In this document: piece by piece, positions 30,570 to 52,670 of the stretch
How the letters are laid out: every line of letters starts with the position of its first letter
Numbering within the stretch: the stretch's first letter is position 1
Assembly (NCBI RefSeq): GCF_009914755.1
Contig: NC_060942.1
Origin: the human T2T-CHM13v2.0 reference genome, Homo sapiens
DNA: 64,000 bases
Reading direction: 5' to 3' (one strand)
Position numbers and translations under genes: made by a program
Notes under the pieces: model-generated
Databases searched by the model: none
The model's input: the letters and a program-made list of their open reading frames with translations, nothing else
Told to the model about the DNA's origin: nothing

Positions 30570-33500
30570 AATGGCAAAGGACCAAGTTAATTGTGGCTCT
30601 AAGGACTTGGAGGAGGCCACGCTATAAACAGCAGGAGGACGAGTGGCCAAAGCTCACATTTTGCTTTGGGTCCAAACAAAGCCTTTGCCTTCACTTGCCC
30701 TTAAAGGGAAAATTCTGATCTGGATATAAGGGGACACACCCTGAAGAGCTTTAGCTCTTGATCCTTACTACAGAAAAATTGGATGAATATTAACCAAACC
30801 TGAAAAGAGAGCTAGCTGAAATAAGACTCATTATAGTGTACCGAGAGGCAGACACTGAACATTGGCCATTTGAACTCTTTAAATCCCCAAAGAAAAGTCA
30901 TGAATAGAGAGTTCCTGAGCAAGCCACTCTCCTAGGAAAATCTCATAGGAAAAGTGCCAATGATATATAAGGGACATTTGCATTTAAGCAAACAATGATT
31001 CTTTCCATCTGGCTAAATGCTCTTAGAAAGCATCCTGGAAGTTTCAGCCACTCACCCCTTCTGCTGATTAGGCTGCTCTGTGACTCGAGAGTTCTGCCCT
31101 GGAGGACTGTCAGCAAAACAGTTAGCATGTCCAGATGTGGACACTTCCTTAAAGGTGAAGTACAACAGGGGGAAAAGATTAATCTGTAATGCACTGAAGT
31201 CAGAAACTAACCCAGCGATGTGTTCAATGAAAAGGAAAAGATGCTGTTGAATTTTATCTCCAAGTGGTGTCATTATTTCCAACTAACTTACTCCTTCAGG
31301 CGACTGAGATAGTTTATTTTCCCAAAGCCCTTTCCCAACATTGCACACGCCCTCCTCTTGCTAGAACCCAGAGAGGAATGACAGCAGCTGAGAAAACATT
31401 CCAGTCCCCAGGAAAAGGAAAGACTGGCTGATGATTACTGAGCGGGCGGGGATGGCAGGTTGTCACCCCAGGTGCGCAGCTCAGTTTGCATCAGGGAAAG
31501 GGGGATTTCAGTTGGGGGCAAAGGCCTTTTTGTTGGCTGTGCAAGTCACAGGGGGTTAAAGTGCAGGGAGGTTTTCTTGAAAAAGCAGAAAATAAAATTC
31601 TTAATATTATGTATAGTATAGCTAGAGTGTGATATTTCCTTCCACTTGTTAAATTGGGATTTTTGTTTTATGTGCTTTGGATTTAGCTCCTGGGTGCTCT
31701 CTGCTTAGTTTAAAAGAGTTTCCATCTCCACATTGTCATACATGGAAAAAATATACTGAAGTAGTGCGCTGTACATCGTGACTTTTATTTTGCTGTCAGA
31801 CTGCAAGTTACAATATACCTGTGTGCATTAAAGACTCAGGGGCTTTAAAATGGGAAAGTATCCCTTCATACACCGCACAAAGAGAACTACAGCCCTAGAG
31901 GGAAGAGCTGGCAAACAACTGCTGGCCTTCTTGTGCACATCAACCACACAGCCCAGATTTCGGCAACAGCTCCAATTGCCTGTCACTAGAAAGGTCATTT
32001 ATTAAAAACACAACAAAAAAATTTTCATCAGACAACATGGACTGATTTTTGGTTCATTCAGAAAACACTCAACATATTTATTTATTTATTTATTTATGTA
32101 TTAGCCAGCCATAAGCTTTGGCCAGTTTTGTGTTCTTTTTCAGGAGCAGTGACCAACTCCTGGGGTCCATCCACATCCATACTCAGTGCCCTGACCCCCC
32201 ATAAGATCAACAGCATGCTTCTCCCACCAGCTGTCATAGGGAGGGGTGCTGGCAGACCCTGGAACTAACCCCTGCGTCTCTCCGTGTGCTCACCACCTGA
32301 GCAACTGGCTCCACATAAACAGGGCATGTCTGGTGATGAGACCAGATGCTACCAGGGTCTGGAATTTTTTTTATTATTATTATTCTAAGTCTTATGCTAG
32401 CCACATAGCTCCTGGGAGCCATGCAAGAAGTTCTATTGAAGGTCATGAATTACTGACCCTTAGAAATGCCGTGGAAGCTGGAAGGTACTCATTCACCACC
32501 AATGCACTTCTGGAGTCTTTCTTCATGACGGGTAAAAGCTCAGTGTGGAAACAGAATCCCGTGGATTGCAGGTGGCCTCTGGGGATGGCTCAGCCTGGGG
32601 ATTTTGCCAGAGATGCCACACATAGGGGGACCGTATGCACAAGACAGGTCCTCTACCAGTGTGTGGAGACACACGTGTTAAAATGAGGGGAACCAAACCA
32701 GATTAGTTCATTCAGTGTAAGCAAAAAAGTGCAAGCTATCAGTCATCTAAGTTCATAAAAGCAATTTACAAGTAAATATTCACCTCAGCCAGCAAGATAC
32801 CAGTCTTTTCTGTTCTGTAATAAGGTTTTGGGGAAAGATAAACTATTTGTAAAGAGAAACAGAGAGAGAGAGAAAGAGAGAATGAATAGAAGGACATCTG
32901 AGAGAAAGCCAGCAGTAGTAGCAATGGGAGGAAAGAAGGGAAATACGGTTAAAAAAGAACCATCTTTTTCTCCACTGAAATAAACTTACTTTATACACTT
33001 TTCCCTTGGCTTTTGGATTCAAAGGTACCCAAAGAGAGCAATGCCTGGTGCAGAGCTAAGACTAGTTTTATTTACAACACCAGGCTGTTTAGAACTCTCA
33101 TTTTATTCTTGGTAATTTGATTGTTTGGTCACGCCTCCTAACAAGTAAAATGTTACACTGGAGTATTTGTTTAAACCTCACAGCTTCGGATACAGTAAGT
33201 TGCTGAACGATGTTTGTTAATGGCACACATTCGATAATTCCTATAATGTGAAATCTCAGCCAGATTTAATGTTTAATTTCCCTGGGATTCACTCTGAAAT
33301 TATTACAGACATTATGTATTCTGCTCCCTGGACTTGGAATTAATTTCAAAACAGAGTAAAAGTGCATCTATTTTGGTACCTTGTGGGAGTTCACATCAGT
33401 AACATTCCATTTGTACTGAAGTTTCTGAAGTTTAAAATACCTTTTCACTTTATTTCATTTGATCTGGGTTGAGCAGCTACAAGGCACAGTCACCCGGAAC

Positions 33501-34504
33501 CGCATCTTTGTTTCTGTGTGTAATCCTGGACATGCCACTGCTTGATGAGTTAACACTCCTGCAAAACTGTATTAATCCTCCAAACTTTATCTGCCTAACT
33601 AGAGGGTATATTTTTGTGGTTATCATGGTACAAAAATATTGCCAACATGCAATAATCTGGCAAAAAAAAATAGCTACATCAACATCTTTTTATAAATATC
33701 TGTCACAGAAACAGAATTCACAACATGCATTGCTTTGATTAATCAATCAATGCATTGGCTATGCTTCCAATACCTGGCCCGAGTAGAAAGCTCAGTGGCT
33801 GGAAAACCTCCAAACATTTTAGAATAAAGCAACCGGACCTATGTTAGGTTGTGATCCAAAAATTCCCAGACAATAAATCTTTAATTTGCTACCCTGGCAA
33901 CTCTCACCAAATTTGAATTAAAAGAATATTTTCCACACAAAGCTTTGAAAGGATTTGCCTCCTGAACAGTTTTAAAAGTTTAACCTTTAGCTGAGGCACA
34001 CTTCCTACAGACCAAAAGGAAAAGAAGTGGAAAAAAAAGACATCAAGGGATTAATTCACAAATTTTACCCCAAAATGAATGACAGCTGTTTGGGAGTTCA
34101 ATTGCACTGACGTCCCATTAGGTTCAAAACATCCTGGGTCTTGCAATTATCTCATAGATTTAATAAAACCTTGTTAGTAAAAATTTTACCTCCCCAGTCT
34201 GGGTCTCAGCCAGTGAACTCACACATCTATAACTATATATAACTATTTTGAATGAAATGCTAAGCAGGAAGGGAATTCAAGTAGCCAGTTCATCCCACGA
34301 GTTTTCATTTTTATCTGATAGATCTTATTTGACTATATCCCCCCTCCTCCACCAGAAGGATGGGGGTAAGATTAGGGAGGTAGAGGTGGTATCTGTAGTT
34401 ATAGTTTCAAGTGAACAGACCAATGGGTTATCTGTAGCCTAGAAGTTTGCTGGAAGTAGTAGAACACAAGCTTTGGAAATTTGCAGCTGCTGTATAATAA
34501 ATAA

Positions 34505-34970
34505 GCAAAGACATGGAATTAACCAAGATGCCCATCAGTGGTGGATTGGCTAAAGAAAATGTGGTACATGTGGTACACCATGAAGTGTGGTACATGTGGT
34601 ACACCATGAAATACTATGCAGCCATAAAAAAAAGAAAGAAATCATGTCCTTTGCAGCAACATGGATGCAGCTGGAGGCCATTATTCTAAGAAAATTAACA
34701 CAGGAACAGAGAACCAAATACTGCATATTCTCACTTATAAGTGGGAGCTAAACATTGAGTACACTGGGATATAAAGATGGAAACAATAAACATGAGAGAC
34801 TACTAGTGGAGGGAAGGTGGAAGGAGGGTGAGGGCTGAAAAACTAGCTACCCAGGGGATAGGATCATTCGTATCCCAAACCTCAACAACATGCAATTTAC
34901 CCATGTAACAAACATGCACATATACCCCCTGAAAACAAAATAAAAGTTGAAAAAATAAAATAAGATAAAA
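34505..34970 (+). mobile_element. L1P 3' end (L1PA15/16-like)
   Basis: aaatcatgtcctttgcagcaacatggatgcagctggaggcc...ctcacttataagtgggagctaaac...aataaaagttgaaa. Confidence 0.9.
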
Positions 34971-35109
34971 TGTGCATTTCTCTGCCCCCTCCTTCCAACA
35001 CTAGGAGTGTCAGCCTTTAATGTTCTATTATTTTGGACAAAAAATCATGTTTTAATTTCCAGTTTGGAGCTTATCAATGAGGTTTATACATGTGAGAGTA
35101 TTTCATTTA

Positions 35110-35205
35110 GAGCCTGCCATTTTCCAGGCATTGTGTTATATGCTGGGGCTATAGAAGTGTACAAAACAGATGTGGTCCCTGTCCTTGTACAACTTCTACA
35201 GATGA

Positions 35206-35244
<39 letters not shown>

Positions 35245-35985
35245 ATACCAGTTGCCAAAATGGGTCTATGAAGAAAATAAGCATTGTGTGGAGATAAAGG
35301 GTAGTACTGGAGACAACATGTATCTGGAGAGCCCAGCTGAGGGAACAGTATTAAAGCCGAGACATGGTGGATAAGAAGGCACCAGTCACGGAAAGAGCAA
35401 GGGGGAGGGTCCGCAAGAGAGAGAAGCAGCAAGTGCAACGTCCTTGAAGAATGCAGCACAGCCCATGGCATCCTCTGGGAAATGGCCAAAGGCTGACATG
35501 ACCAGGAAACAGTAAGCAAGTAACAGAATGACTTATCATCAGATTGGAAAGGGGGCCAGGAGCCAGATCATGTAGGGTCTAGAGGGCTTAGAGGACTTTG
35601 AATTTTATGCAAGTGCGGTTAAGAAGCCACTGAAGGATCCAAAGCAGGGAATGACATGATGCAACACATGGGTTTAAAAGATCATGTGGAAAATGGACAC
35701 AAGGGCACATGAGGAGCTGCAGAGGTAGCTGTTTGGCAATGGCTGCAGTGGAGCAAGTGCAAGTCCAGAGCAGGGCAGTGGGGATGAGGAGGAGGGGCAG
35801 GCGGAAGGTCCATTTTGGAACTAGAACTAGCAATGTTGGGAGATGGACAGGAAGTGGATTTTAAATAAGGGAAAGGATGACTTCTGTATTTCTGATTTGA
35901 GTGATGGAATAAATGGTGATGTCATTTGCTGAGATGGGGAGGCCTAAAAGGGGAACATGTTTGGTGATAAATCAAGAATTCCAGA
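35110..35985 (-). mobile_element. L2 fragment containing (TAAA)n at ~35205-35247
   Basis: Antisense L2: ccaggagccagatcatgtaggg...aagaagccactgaagg...gcagggaatgacatgat. Confidence 0.75.
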
Positions 35986-36389
35986 TTGACGCAATTTATA
36001 ACAATGAAAACACAAAGCAAGCTGACTATATGGCAATTGAGATGGTCATATAAATTATGGTATAAACATATATTACACCCTCCATAAAGTCATGATTTTG
36101 AAGAACAGTTACTATATAGAAAATATTCATGTTAATTGAAAAACGAACACATTATTTTTTATACAGGATGATATATACAAATATAGGTTAGAAATAGAGA
36201 TAGACTAGAGATAGAAGGAACAAAGAATGAAATATACCAAAATGTTTATAATGAATATATTTGATAGTAAGATTACAAGTGATTTTTATTTTCTTTGTCT
36301 TTCTTCATATTCAAATTTCTCCTATTAAACCTATATTATTATTATTACTATTATCATCACACCAAGAAAAGTTATTAAAAACAGTAAGT

Positions 36390-36675
36390 GCTGGGTGCAG
36401 TGGCTCACACCTGTAATCCCAACACTTTGGGAAGCAGAGGTGGGAGGATCCCTTGAGGAGTTCAAGACCAGCCCGGGCAACATAACAAGACATTGTCTCT
36501 ACAAAAAATTTAAAAATTAGCCAAGCATGGTGGCACATGCTTGTAGTCCTAGCTACTCAGGAGGCTGAGTTAGTAGGATCACTTGAACCCAGGAGCTGGA
36601 GGCTGCAGAGGGCTATAATCACGCCACTACACTGCAGCTCGAGTGACACAGTGAGACCCCGCCTCTGAAAAAATA
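36390..36675 (+). mobile_element. AluJ
   Basis: Diverged dimer: ggaggatcccttgag...ctataatcacgccactacac. Confidence 0.9.
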
Positions 36676-37272
36676 ACACAAAAACATCATTCTATTTATC
36701 AGCAGCAGTCCACGGTTTAGTTTGGGTCAAGTCATAATTAAACCATAAAATCCAATGGAAATACATAAAACACAGTGTTGTGCTGTCGTGTCTTAGCTGA
36801 AGGCCTTGAAGATTATCACTGTTATTTTACTTCCAGACACATGTTTTGTCAAATGAAATACATTACTTGAATATTTCAAGGCTAATTGGTGGAAAACTTC
36901 AGATTAGAACTCGTCTCCTGGTTCACAGTCAAGTGCTTCTTCCAGGGGTTCTTAATCGACCTCAGCAGCAGGCACCCCCATCTGATCTCACCAAGGACGC
37001 TGAGACCAGCCAAGAATTCTGAGACTTGCACAGGGCCAGCCATCCTCACAGGCAGTGTAGAAAATCAGCAATATACTATGATTTCAGGGGCACCTAGCAT
37101 TTCCATCTTTCCACTGCCCCTCTCCCATCTGCTTGACTAATATCTTAAATTCCTTTAAGGAGGATCAGTTCCTTTTATTCCACAATTAAAAATAAGGCTT
37201 ATAAGTGCATGTTTCCAAGAGCGGTCATCTCTTGATTAAATTCACCCTAGGGTTTAGGACTTCTATCAAATA

Positions 37273-37612
37273 CAGTTGGATGTCTGTGATCATGGGTTCT
37301 GCATTCGCGGATTCCGCGGATTCAACCAACCTCAGGCCAAGAATATTCGGGGGCGGAAAATAGAGCAAAATTCGAGAAAGCAAAACTTGAATTTGCCTGC
37401 ACCACATACCACATTTAATCCATGCAAATGAAGTGATGTATAGGCATTGTATTAGGTTTTATAAGTAATCTAGAGATGATTTATAGTATACTGGATGATA
37501 GATTACAGGCAAATACTATGCCATTTTATAAAAGGGAGTTGAGTCTCCATGGATTTGAGTATTCATGGGGTGTCCTGGAACCAGTTCCTCACAAATACCA
37601 AGGGACAATTGT
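37273..37612. mobile_element. MER2-like (Tigger) MITE
   Basis: ta|cagttg...caattg|ta ends; gtattaggttttataagtaatctagagatgatt; caaatactatgccattttata. Confidence 0.85.
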
Positions 37613-37729
37613 ACTTTATGAGAAAAGGTTTTGAAGGGGCCACCTGAATACGGAATGCCTAAAAGTTAGAGATTTTCAAAACAAGGGGAATACAGAGACG
37701 GGGTGAAACTTGGGAGAAGTAGTAAAAGG

Positions 37730-38200
37730 AACAAATATTTAATGAGCCCTTTCTGTGTACTGTCCACTCGGCTAGTTGTTTCACATGTATGCTGTATTTA
37801 ACCTACCACTCCAGTAAGGCAGGGTTATTACTCCCAATTGACATTCATTCACTCAACAAATATTTACTGAGCATGTGCTAGATATGCTCAGCAGTAGTCT
37901 AGTTCCTGGAGATACTGCAAAAACGAAAACAGGCAAAGTCCTTGCTCTCGAGGAACTAACTCAGGCTACTTGGAGGGGATAGACAACACATATTCTTAAA
38001 ATGAATGCATAGTATAACAGATGGTGATAAGTGCTATGAAGAAAAATAAGGCAGAGTGAAGTGATAGCAAGGCACTTTTTATGGAAGGTAATAAAAAATA
38101 TGTCAAGATCATACAGCTGGCAAGTGCCTGGGCTAGAACTAAACTCGGTTTCCTGAACAGCTGCTTTCCAAAGCCCCTGCTTTTTTTCTATGTAGTACTG
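37730..38200 (-). mobile_element. MIR split by an L2 3' fragment (~37843-38085)
   Basis: cattcattcactcaacaaatatttactgagc (L2 end) between MIR halves. Confidence 0.7.
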
Positions 38201-38748
38201 CCTCCCTAGAAAGCACGTCCTACCTGGCAATTTTGCCTGGTGTTAGTCCTGCCAACAACCCCCAAATATCCTAATGGGCAAGCCTTTGGTAAACAATTGT
38301 TAGCCTACTGTGAGTCAAGTAAAATCTATTTACAGGTAATTGTTCAGCATGATTGGTTTTTGCTTGTGCATGAATTCAAAGCTCCTTCAATCCTGGTGTC
38401 TTTCAAAAATAAAAACAAAAACCTCAGCCCATAAATGAAATTAAACAACTTTCCCCTGAAATTTTTGGAGTCCCAAACTTGAGTAAGTATAAGCAACATC
38501 AATATCTATTTCAGCAAAAAAGAAAAGAAAAATGTGAATACAATGCAAACTTCAATTTTACAGGGTTATTTTTCTTTCTTCTGCCTTTTTTTAAAAAAAC
38601 TACTCTGTTCAACCATTTTTTTTACCCTGTGCCAAAGAATAGCGGGGGAAGAGTAGGGGGGAAAATTAAAGCAAAAAGTGGCATTTTGTTTTTGTTCAGT
38701 GCACCTTTACATGCTTATAAAAGTCCATCTTCAAAAATCTTACCCACT

Positions 38749-45886
<7,138 letters not shown>

Positions 45887-46085
45887 ATCTTACCCACTAG
45901 ATACAAGACCTTGGAAATACCTACTCTAAACCCATCAGTGGTATCATAGTACTCAAAGTTCAGCCCAAGCCCACCCGGAGTTTCCAGGTTCTTTGTGGAC
46001 AAAGGTAGCCTAATCATGAGCTCGGTGACAGAATATGAGACTCTACTCTGTCTTCACAGAGAAAAGGAGGCACAAACAGAAATAA

Positions 46086-46385
<300 letters not shown>

Positions 46386-49026
46386 TAATTTTCATCAAGA
46401 GAAAATCAAATTTGTCCAAGAACTCTATTGACAGAAGTGAAGTTAGTTTTTCTCTAGCAAATAGTTAGTGGAGTTGGAGGATTAGTCTATTGCCCAAGAA
46501 AGAAAGTAAACCCACTGGAGTCCGGAAACATTCATGTTCTCAATAATGCATTTAACTCTCAAAAACAAATAAGATTTGTCTCTGCACTTTTACATTTCAA
46601 AAACACCTAAGACTAGATGATCTAACGCTCTCCTCTGCTAAAAATCAGATTATTAAAACAAGTTCCTTAAACTCATAAAGCTCAAGACAATTGTTAAAAT
46701 TTTTATTTAATGTCAAGTGCCAACCCGGGCAGAGTCTCTCTCAATTCAAACAAAATTCACTGTGGACAGTAGCAGGCGCAGGCTTTTCAGTTGATGGACT
46801 GCAGCAGAATTCAGTTACCTCCTAGTGTGAACCATGCGCCTAGCACACATAGACTATTTTTGTAGGGAAACAAAATAGGATTATTGTATTTTCTGGACGT
46901 TCTCAGGATTAGGCTAGTAGAAATAATGTTGCAGAATGCTACGGCTTTAGACAGACCAGCTTGTTAATATTCCCACAAAGTTCGTTCCCCTAGCTTTTGG
47001 TGATTTGGAGTACAATGGAGGCCAGTTGAAAAATAGTTTCAATCAAGTCGGTGGGGAAAGAGGAGGTGAAGCCTGGATTGCCAGATTTCTGATTAACAGA
47101 GTCCATGAATTTCCTTGTAGCCTTGCATAAAGCAATGTTCCTGTCAATTAGAAAGAGCAGGCACTAGAACCCTAATTATATATCCATGAAGACCCTGAAC
47201 TTGGTCTGAACTTTGAGTAATTTCTGTCAGAAAATCTGAGTTCTCTATAATCCTTGTTTGTATCTTCCCTCCCCAAAGTGAGTGATTTACTTGGGATGAA
47301 GGACATAATAGTAGACAGAAAGGATCAGCAACTGGTGCAGAGACAAGTCGATGAAAGGGAAGAATCTGGCCGGAGCTCAAGCTGCTCAGGGTTTTACCAG
47401 TTCTCTGGTGAAGAGGGATTGGAGTTGATCCCATAGCCACTTTATCTCAATTGTCATTTTTGGTACATGAACTTAATTTTAAATTAACTGGTAAACTCTA
47501 AATTATGCACTCCAGAGGATGGGTTCTGCCAGTCTCAACAAACCCTTTTACTCTTTTTCAAAGTTAGAGGACTCCTTCAGCTATTGTTAAAGATTGGTCT
47601 GGGACCCAAGTGGGCCATCAGGTTAGCAGGGTTCTTTGCAAGGAATCTTAACGTATTTTTTTCTGCCTGAGTGTGCTACAATAAGAGGTACAGCTGTTAA
47701 GATAATATAAATGAAAGGATTTTGTAAACTGTAACAACACTTAAATATTGTCGCCTGCCAACGGAATCACAATATTCTCCATTCTAAATATCTCCTGATT
47801 TCCAGCTAGAGGTCTCACACATTAATGGACCTTACAAGCCCATCAACCACCTTTACCTTCCTATAAATCAACCCCAACCACAATACTGTGTTCATACTGT
47901 TTCAACTGAATACAGCCTGTCTGACTAATATTCACTAGGGGTTATAAAGTAAGAATCTATCCGTCTACAGTGATACTCATTTACCTTGAGGAATACACAC
48001 TCATGAACACAGATACATACTTTTTTTCAAAAACATGGACATTTTTTCAAAAAGAAAACCCTAATAGTTTGAAAGTAGGCATTCAATATTTGGTGTTTCT
48101 TTTTAAAGCTTTATCTTTACCTGGTCTCCTCCCTTAATTGCCTCCAAAGCTGTGCGTGGCTTCACCTAGCAAAGTTGTCCTGATAAATACAGCTGAACGC
48201 TGTGGGCAGAAGTAATGAGTAATGAGTATGGGAATTCCTCCTACTTATAACTAACTTCTTTTCCTTTCTTGGGGTTTAAGAATAGGCCCCAAAACTACAG
48301 AGAATAAATCATTATGAATCAACATATTACTTTTGTTGGTATTTCTAGCACTGTGATCCACCAGCTACCCATAGTGGGATTTCAAAAAGTTTTTTCCAAG
48401 AATTTCATTCTCCTTTGTCTCCAGAATAAATAAAGTGCAGAGCAGAATAAGCACAAATGGGATTTTGAAATTCATCCCCAAACCACATGAATAGGAAGCT
48501 CCCCCCTCACGGCAGAACAACTTAAGGGGCATTTTCTGTTATTTTTTTCCTTACTCGAAATGTCATTTTAACCTGATCTCATCTGATATGATGAAAAAGA
48601 ATGGTAATTTATGGTGTGTTAGTGTAAGGAACATTGTATCACAGTAAGGATCTATAACTATAGTTACACCTGCCAAGGGACAAAGTAGCTGATTAGTTTC
48701 AAGTTGAAACGCGCATGTGGAGGCAAAACAGCCTGCTGTTTTTATTAGAGTCACCTCTGACATTCCTGATTTCCTAGAACCGAACATCTTTGCTGGAGAA
48801 AGGCAACATGTTGGCATATGAGCTGTATGTAGGTAGTAAAGTCTGGTTCCTGGGAGCCCTGTAGTGCCAGCCCATGCTAGATTCAGTTGAAAGATGCTCT
48901 CTGCAACTAAAAGGGAAATATATATAAATATATATATGAAAGTTAAATATATGTTATAAATGCCTGCTCAGGAGTAAGTTTATTCCCAGCCTCATCCCAA
49001 AAGCAAGGGAAAGAATGTTCTTTTAA

Positions 49027-49365
<339 letters not shown>

Positions 49366-49369
49366 TAGA

Positions 49370-49960
49370 GTTGATATCCAACTGCTCTCTTTCCTCCTCC
49401 AAAAGGCCAAACTCTTCAGCCTGGCATTTAAGCCTTTTCTTGATATGTCCCTAAATTCCAATCCAACTTCATCCAACTCTTTCCCTATATGTATCATAAT
49501 TCTTGTCAAGCTGAATTACTCAGGGCTCCAAAAGAAGCCAGGGTGCCTCCAAGTCTTTACATGCAAGCCATATGCACCACGCAGAATGTCCTTCCTTCTA
49601 ACTCTTCATTTTAAAATCCTACACAAACATTAAGATGCAATTCAAATGCACCTGTTCAGTGAAGCATTCCCTGATTCCCTAACCTGGAATTTTCTTTCTG
49701 AACTCCCACTGGAAGAGAAACATCTTCCTCAAACATATTTTCTCCTCTGTGAGGAAGGTCAGAGAAAAACCTTGACATAGAGACAAAGAAAGGCAACAAA
49801 CTACAGCCCTATTAGGGGCTTTACAACTATCTCATTTAATTCTCAACAATCCTGCAAGGCAGGTATTATTGTTCTTAGCAGATACTGAACCTGAGGCTCA
49901 GAGAACGTTTTGAATGAAATCTTTGCCTGTCAGACTTAAAAGCACACAGTTTCCACCAAT
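49370..49960. mobile_element. L2 (+) fragment followed by MIR (-) fragment
   Basis: caaactcttcagcctggcatttaagcc (L2); tctcatttaattctcaacaatcctgcaaggcaggtattatt...ctgaggctcagaga (MIR). Confidence 0.65.
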
Positions 49961-50370
49961 CCACCCTATTTATCATTACTCGTGCTTATACAGCTTTTAG
50001 AATATTAATTGTGGTGCTTTGTGAACATTTCTTTTCTCCCTTACTGGATCGGGAGTTTGTTTTGTTGTTGTTTTGAGATGAGAAAAGAAGCCATCTTATT
50101 CACTTTCCCCACCCCCCTCACCCCTGTATAGTAAATTTCTTCCTCAAATTTGTGTTAAATTAATACACATTCTTTCAGAGGGAAAATTTTTAAAAGAAAA
50201 GGAAACAAAGATAAATTTCTCTTTCTAATTGCTCATCTTGAGGACACAGAAAAGAAACTAACTAACAAGAAATTTGGCTATTTTAAGTTCGAAAATGAAG
50301 GCAACTATTTTGGTAACAACAGTAGCTTCCATTTTTTGAACTGTGATTCAGTGTCAGACCCTGTAGAGAC

Positions 50371-50636
<266 letters not shown>

Positions 50637-50971
50637 GTTAAGTGATCTTAACTACTGAGTTGTCTCACCTTTATGTCCTCTGGCCTATTGAATATTCACT
50701 CTCAGGCAAGGCTCTGTTTTCTTTCTGCCACCTAACAAAACAAAACAAAAGCCTCTTTCCTCAGTGCTTTTTCTCAAATCTATTTTCATGAATCCTCAAA
50801 TAATTTCTCATATTTAGAGGACAGAAACCCTGAAAACTGATTGAGGAAAAGCAATGCTACCGTCTTCCTCTATACCGTAACGTGAACAAAAATCATTCAA
50901 AGGAATCCTTTCTGCATCCAGCCAACACAGCAACGCCCGTACTACAATCGGTACTTCCCCCGTGTAGGTAG

Positions 50972-50990
50972 CATGACCCCTAGTGGGCAC
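50972..50990 (-). promoter_or_regulatory. Candidate CTCF site
   Basis: Minus strand GTGCCCACTAGGGGTCATG resembles the CCACYAGRKGGC core; adjacent cluster of retained CpGs. Confidence 0.45.
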
Positions 50991-52169
50991 CAGTGGTAAA
51001 TATCTAGATTTTTAGCATTGATAGAAATACTGTACAATGGTTTATTTTAATAAGTGGATAGAAAAATAGGTCAAGATGTTGTCGTCATAACCATATTAAT
51101 TAACGTGACCACATATTTTTGTTAACTACGAAACACACAGGAAAGATATCATATATACTTTTTAAAATATAATATTCAGAAACCAATTGTAAAGTGAGTT
51201 TTTATATTTTCTTTTGTTACCACCTTTAGCTTCTATAACTCTTAATTAAATACTCTCCATCTTCAACCACATTTCTTCAACAAAGATAACTTGCACAAGA
51301 GTGCTTTCAAGAAAGGATTAAAAATGGTGAGGTTGGGACATTTTCAGTTTGTCTAGATGAAATACTCTTATGAATGCATCATCTTAAAACATCCCAGTCC
51401 ACATTCAGTGTTACTCGTAATTTCACTGATGCTTAATTTATTTCACCACATATTATAGTTTAATTAAACACCAGACAGGAGCTTCTCTGGGATCACTCTT
51501 TCTTTCTACACAGCAATGTTTAAGTTCTTTACATTTAAAGCTAACAACAAAAGTGGTAATCAAAGGAATACGGAACTATGTTTTATCTAAATAACTGGGT
51601 CATATATATTCCCATTTTATTATCAACAGATACTCTGTATTAGTCCCTCATCTCCCAACTTTTTTTTTAAGTAAGTAGTAATTCTTATTAACAGCAGTGG
51701 CACCTGCACGGGGGTGGACAAATCTGGTGACCAGCAGGTCCCCCTGCTGTTTTGCTCAACTGGCAACATGCTCTCAATCCTGGCAGCTGCTCCTGTTTTG
51801 TTTTTTTTCTCCCAGGCAAATAGGAACTTCATGGACATTTAGAAATTCTTTTCTCTGAATCAAAACTTTGGCTTCCGAAAGTAGCAATGAAATTCACAAC
51901 AGAGGATAAATTTTTCTATACGTATTTAATTACATAAGGACATGAATACACTTCCATAAAAAACTTAAGCCACACGGAAATGTCTAATCTGTGAACACCC
52001 TTTTATACCCCACCTCCATCTTTCTCCCCCCACCAAGTGTGAGGAGGTCCAGAGAATTCTCTCCACAGAAATGAATATAAAACTGGACATCCTTACTAAT
52101 GAGAGCCATTTCATGTCACTCAGAATGACCACAGGCAGAAAACAACTCGAGATATTTGTTGTCTTTCTT

Positions 52170-52570
52170 TGCAGTCCTGTGTATACGCATAAATAAATAG
52201 CTTCGGTTTGTTTCACTTTACAAAAACATGATCTTTCCATATGCTTGCTCTGCAACTTGCTTTTTTGCTTAACATTATGTATTGACCATATTTCTGTATC
52301 GCCGCCTATAGGCCTCTTTCATTCTTTTTTATCTGTTGTACAGCATTGAACAATAAGATGTATCATGGTTTATTTGGTCATTTCCCTATTGGTTTAAGGT
52401 TGTTTCTAATATTTTCCCATTATACACAATACAGTAATGAACACCTTGAACTATCTTGATATACTTATGCAAGTATATCTGTTGGCTAGATATCTAAAAA
52501 TGAAACTGCTGAGATGAAGAATGTGCAAATATTAAATTTTAAAAGATAGCGCCAAATTCTGTTCACAAAG
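52170..52570 (-). mobile_element. Old L1ME-like 3' fragment
   Basis: ctctgcaacttgcttttttgcttaacattatg...gatagcgccaaatt. Confidence 0.7.
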
Positions 52571-52670
52571 GCATGAATGTTTAAGGAGTTACCAGGCCTT
52601 TGTAACTAATCATAAATGTTAGCACTGGAAGTGTCCTTAAAATTGTCTAGCCAAAAAACCTTTGTTTTTT

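Noticed and set aside
31380-31600. CpG-island promoter
   Set aside because: Only a few CpGs and too short; kept only as part of the TE-free block.
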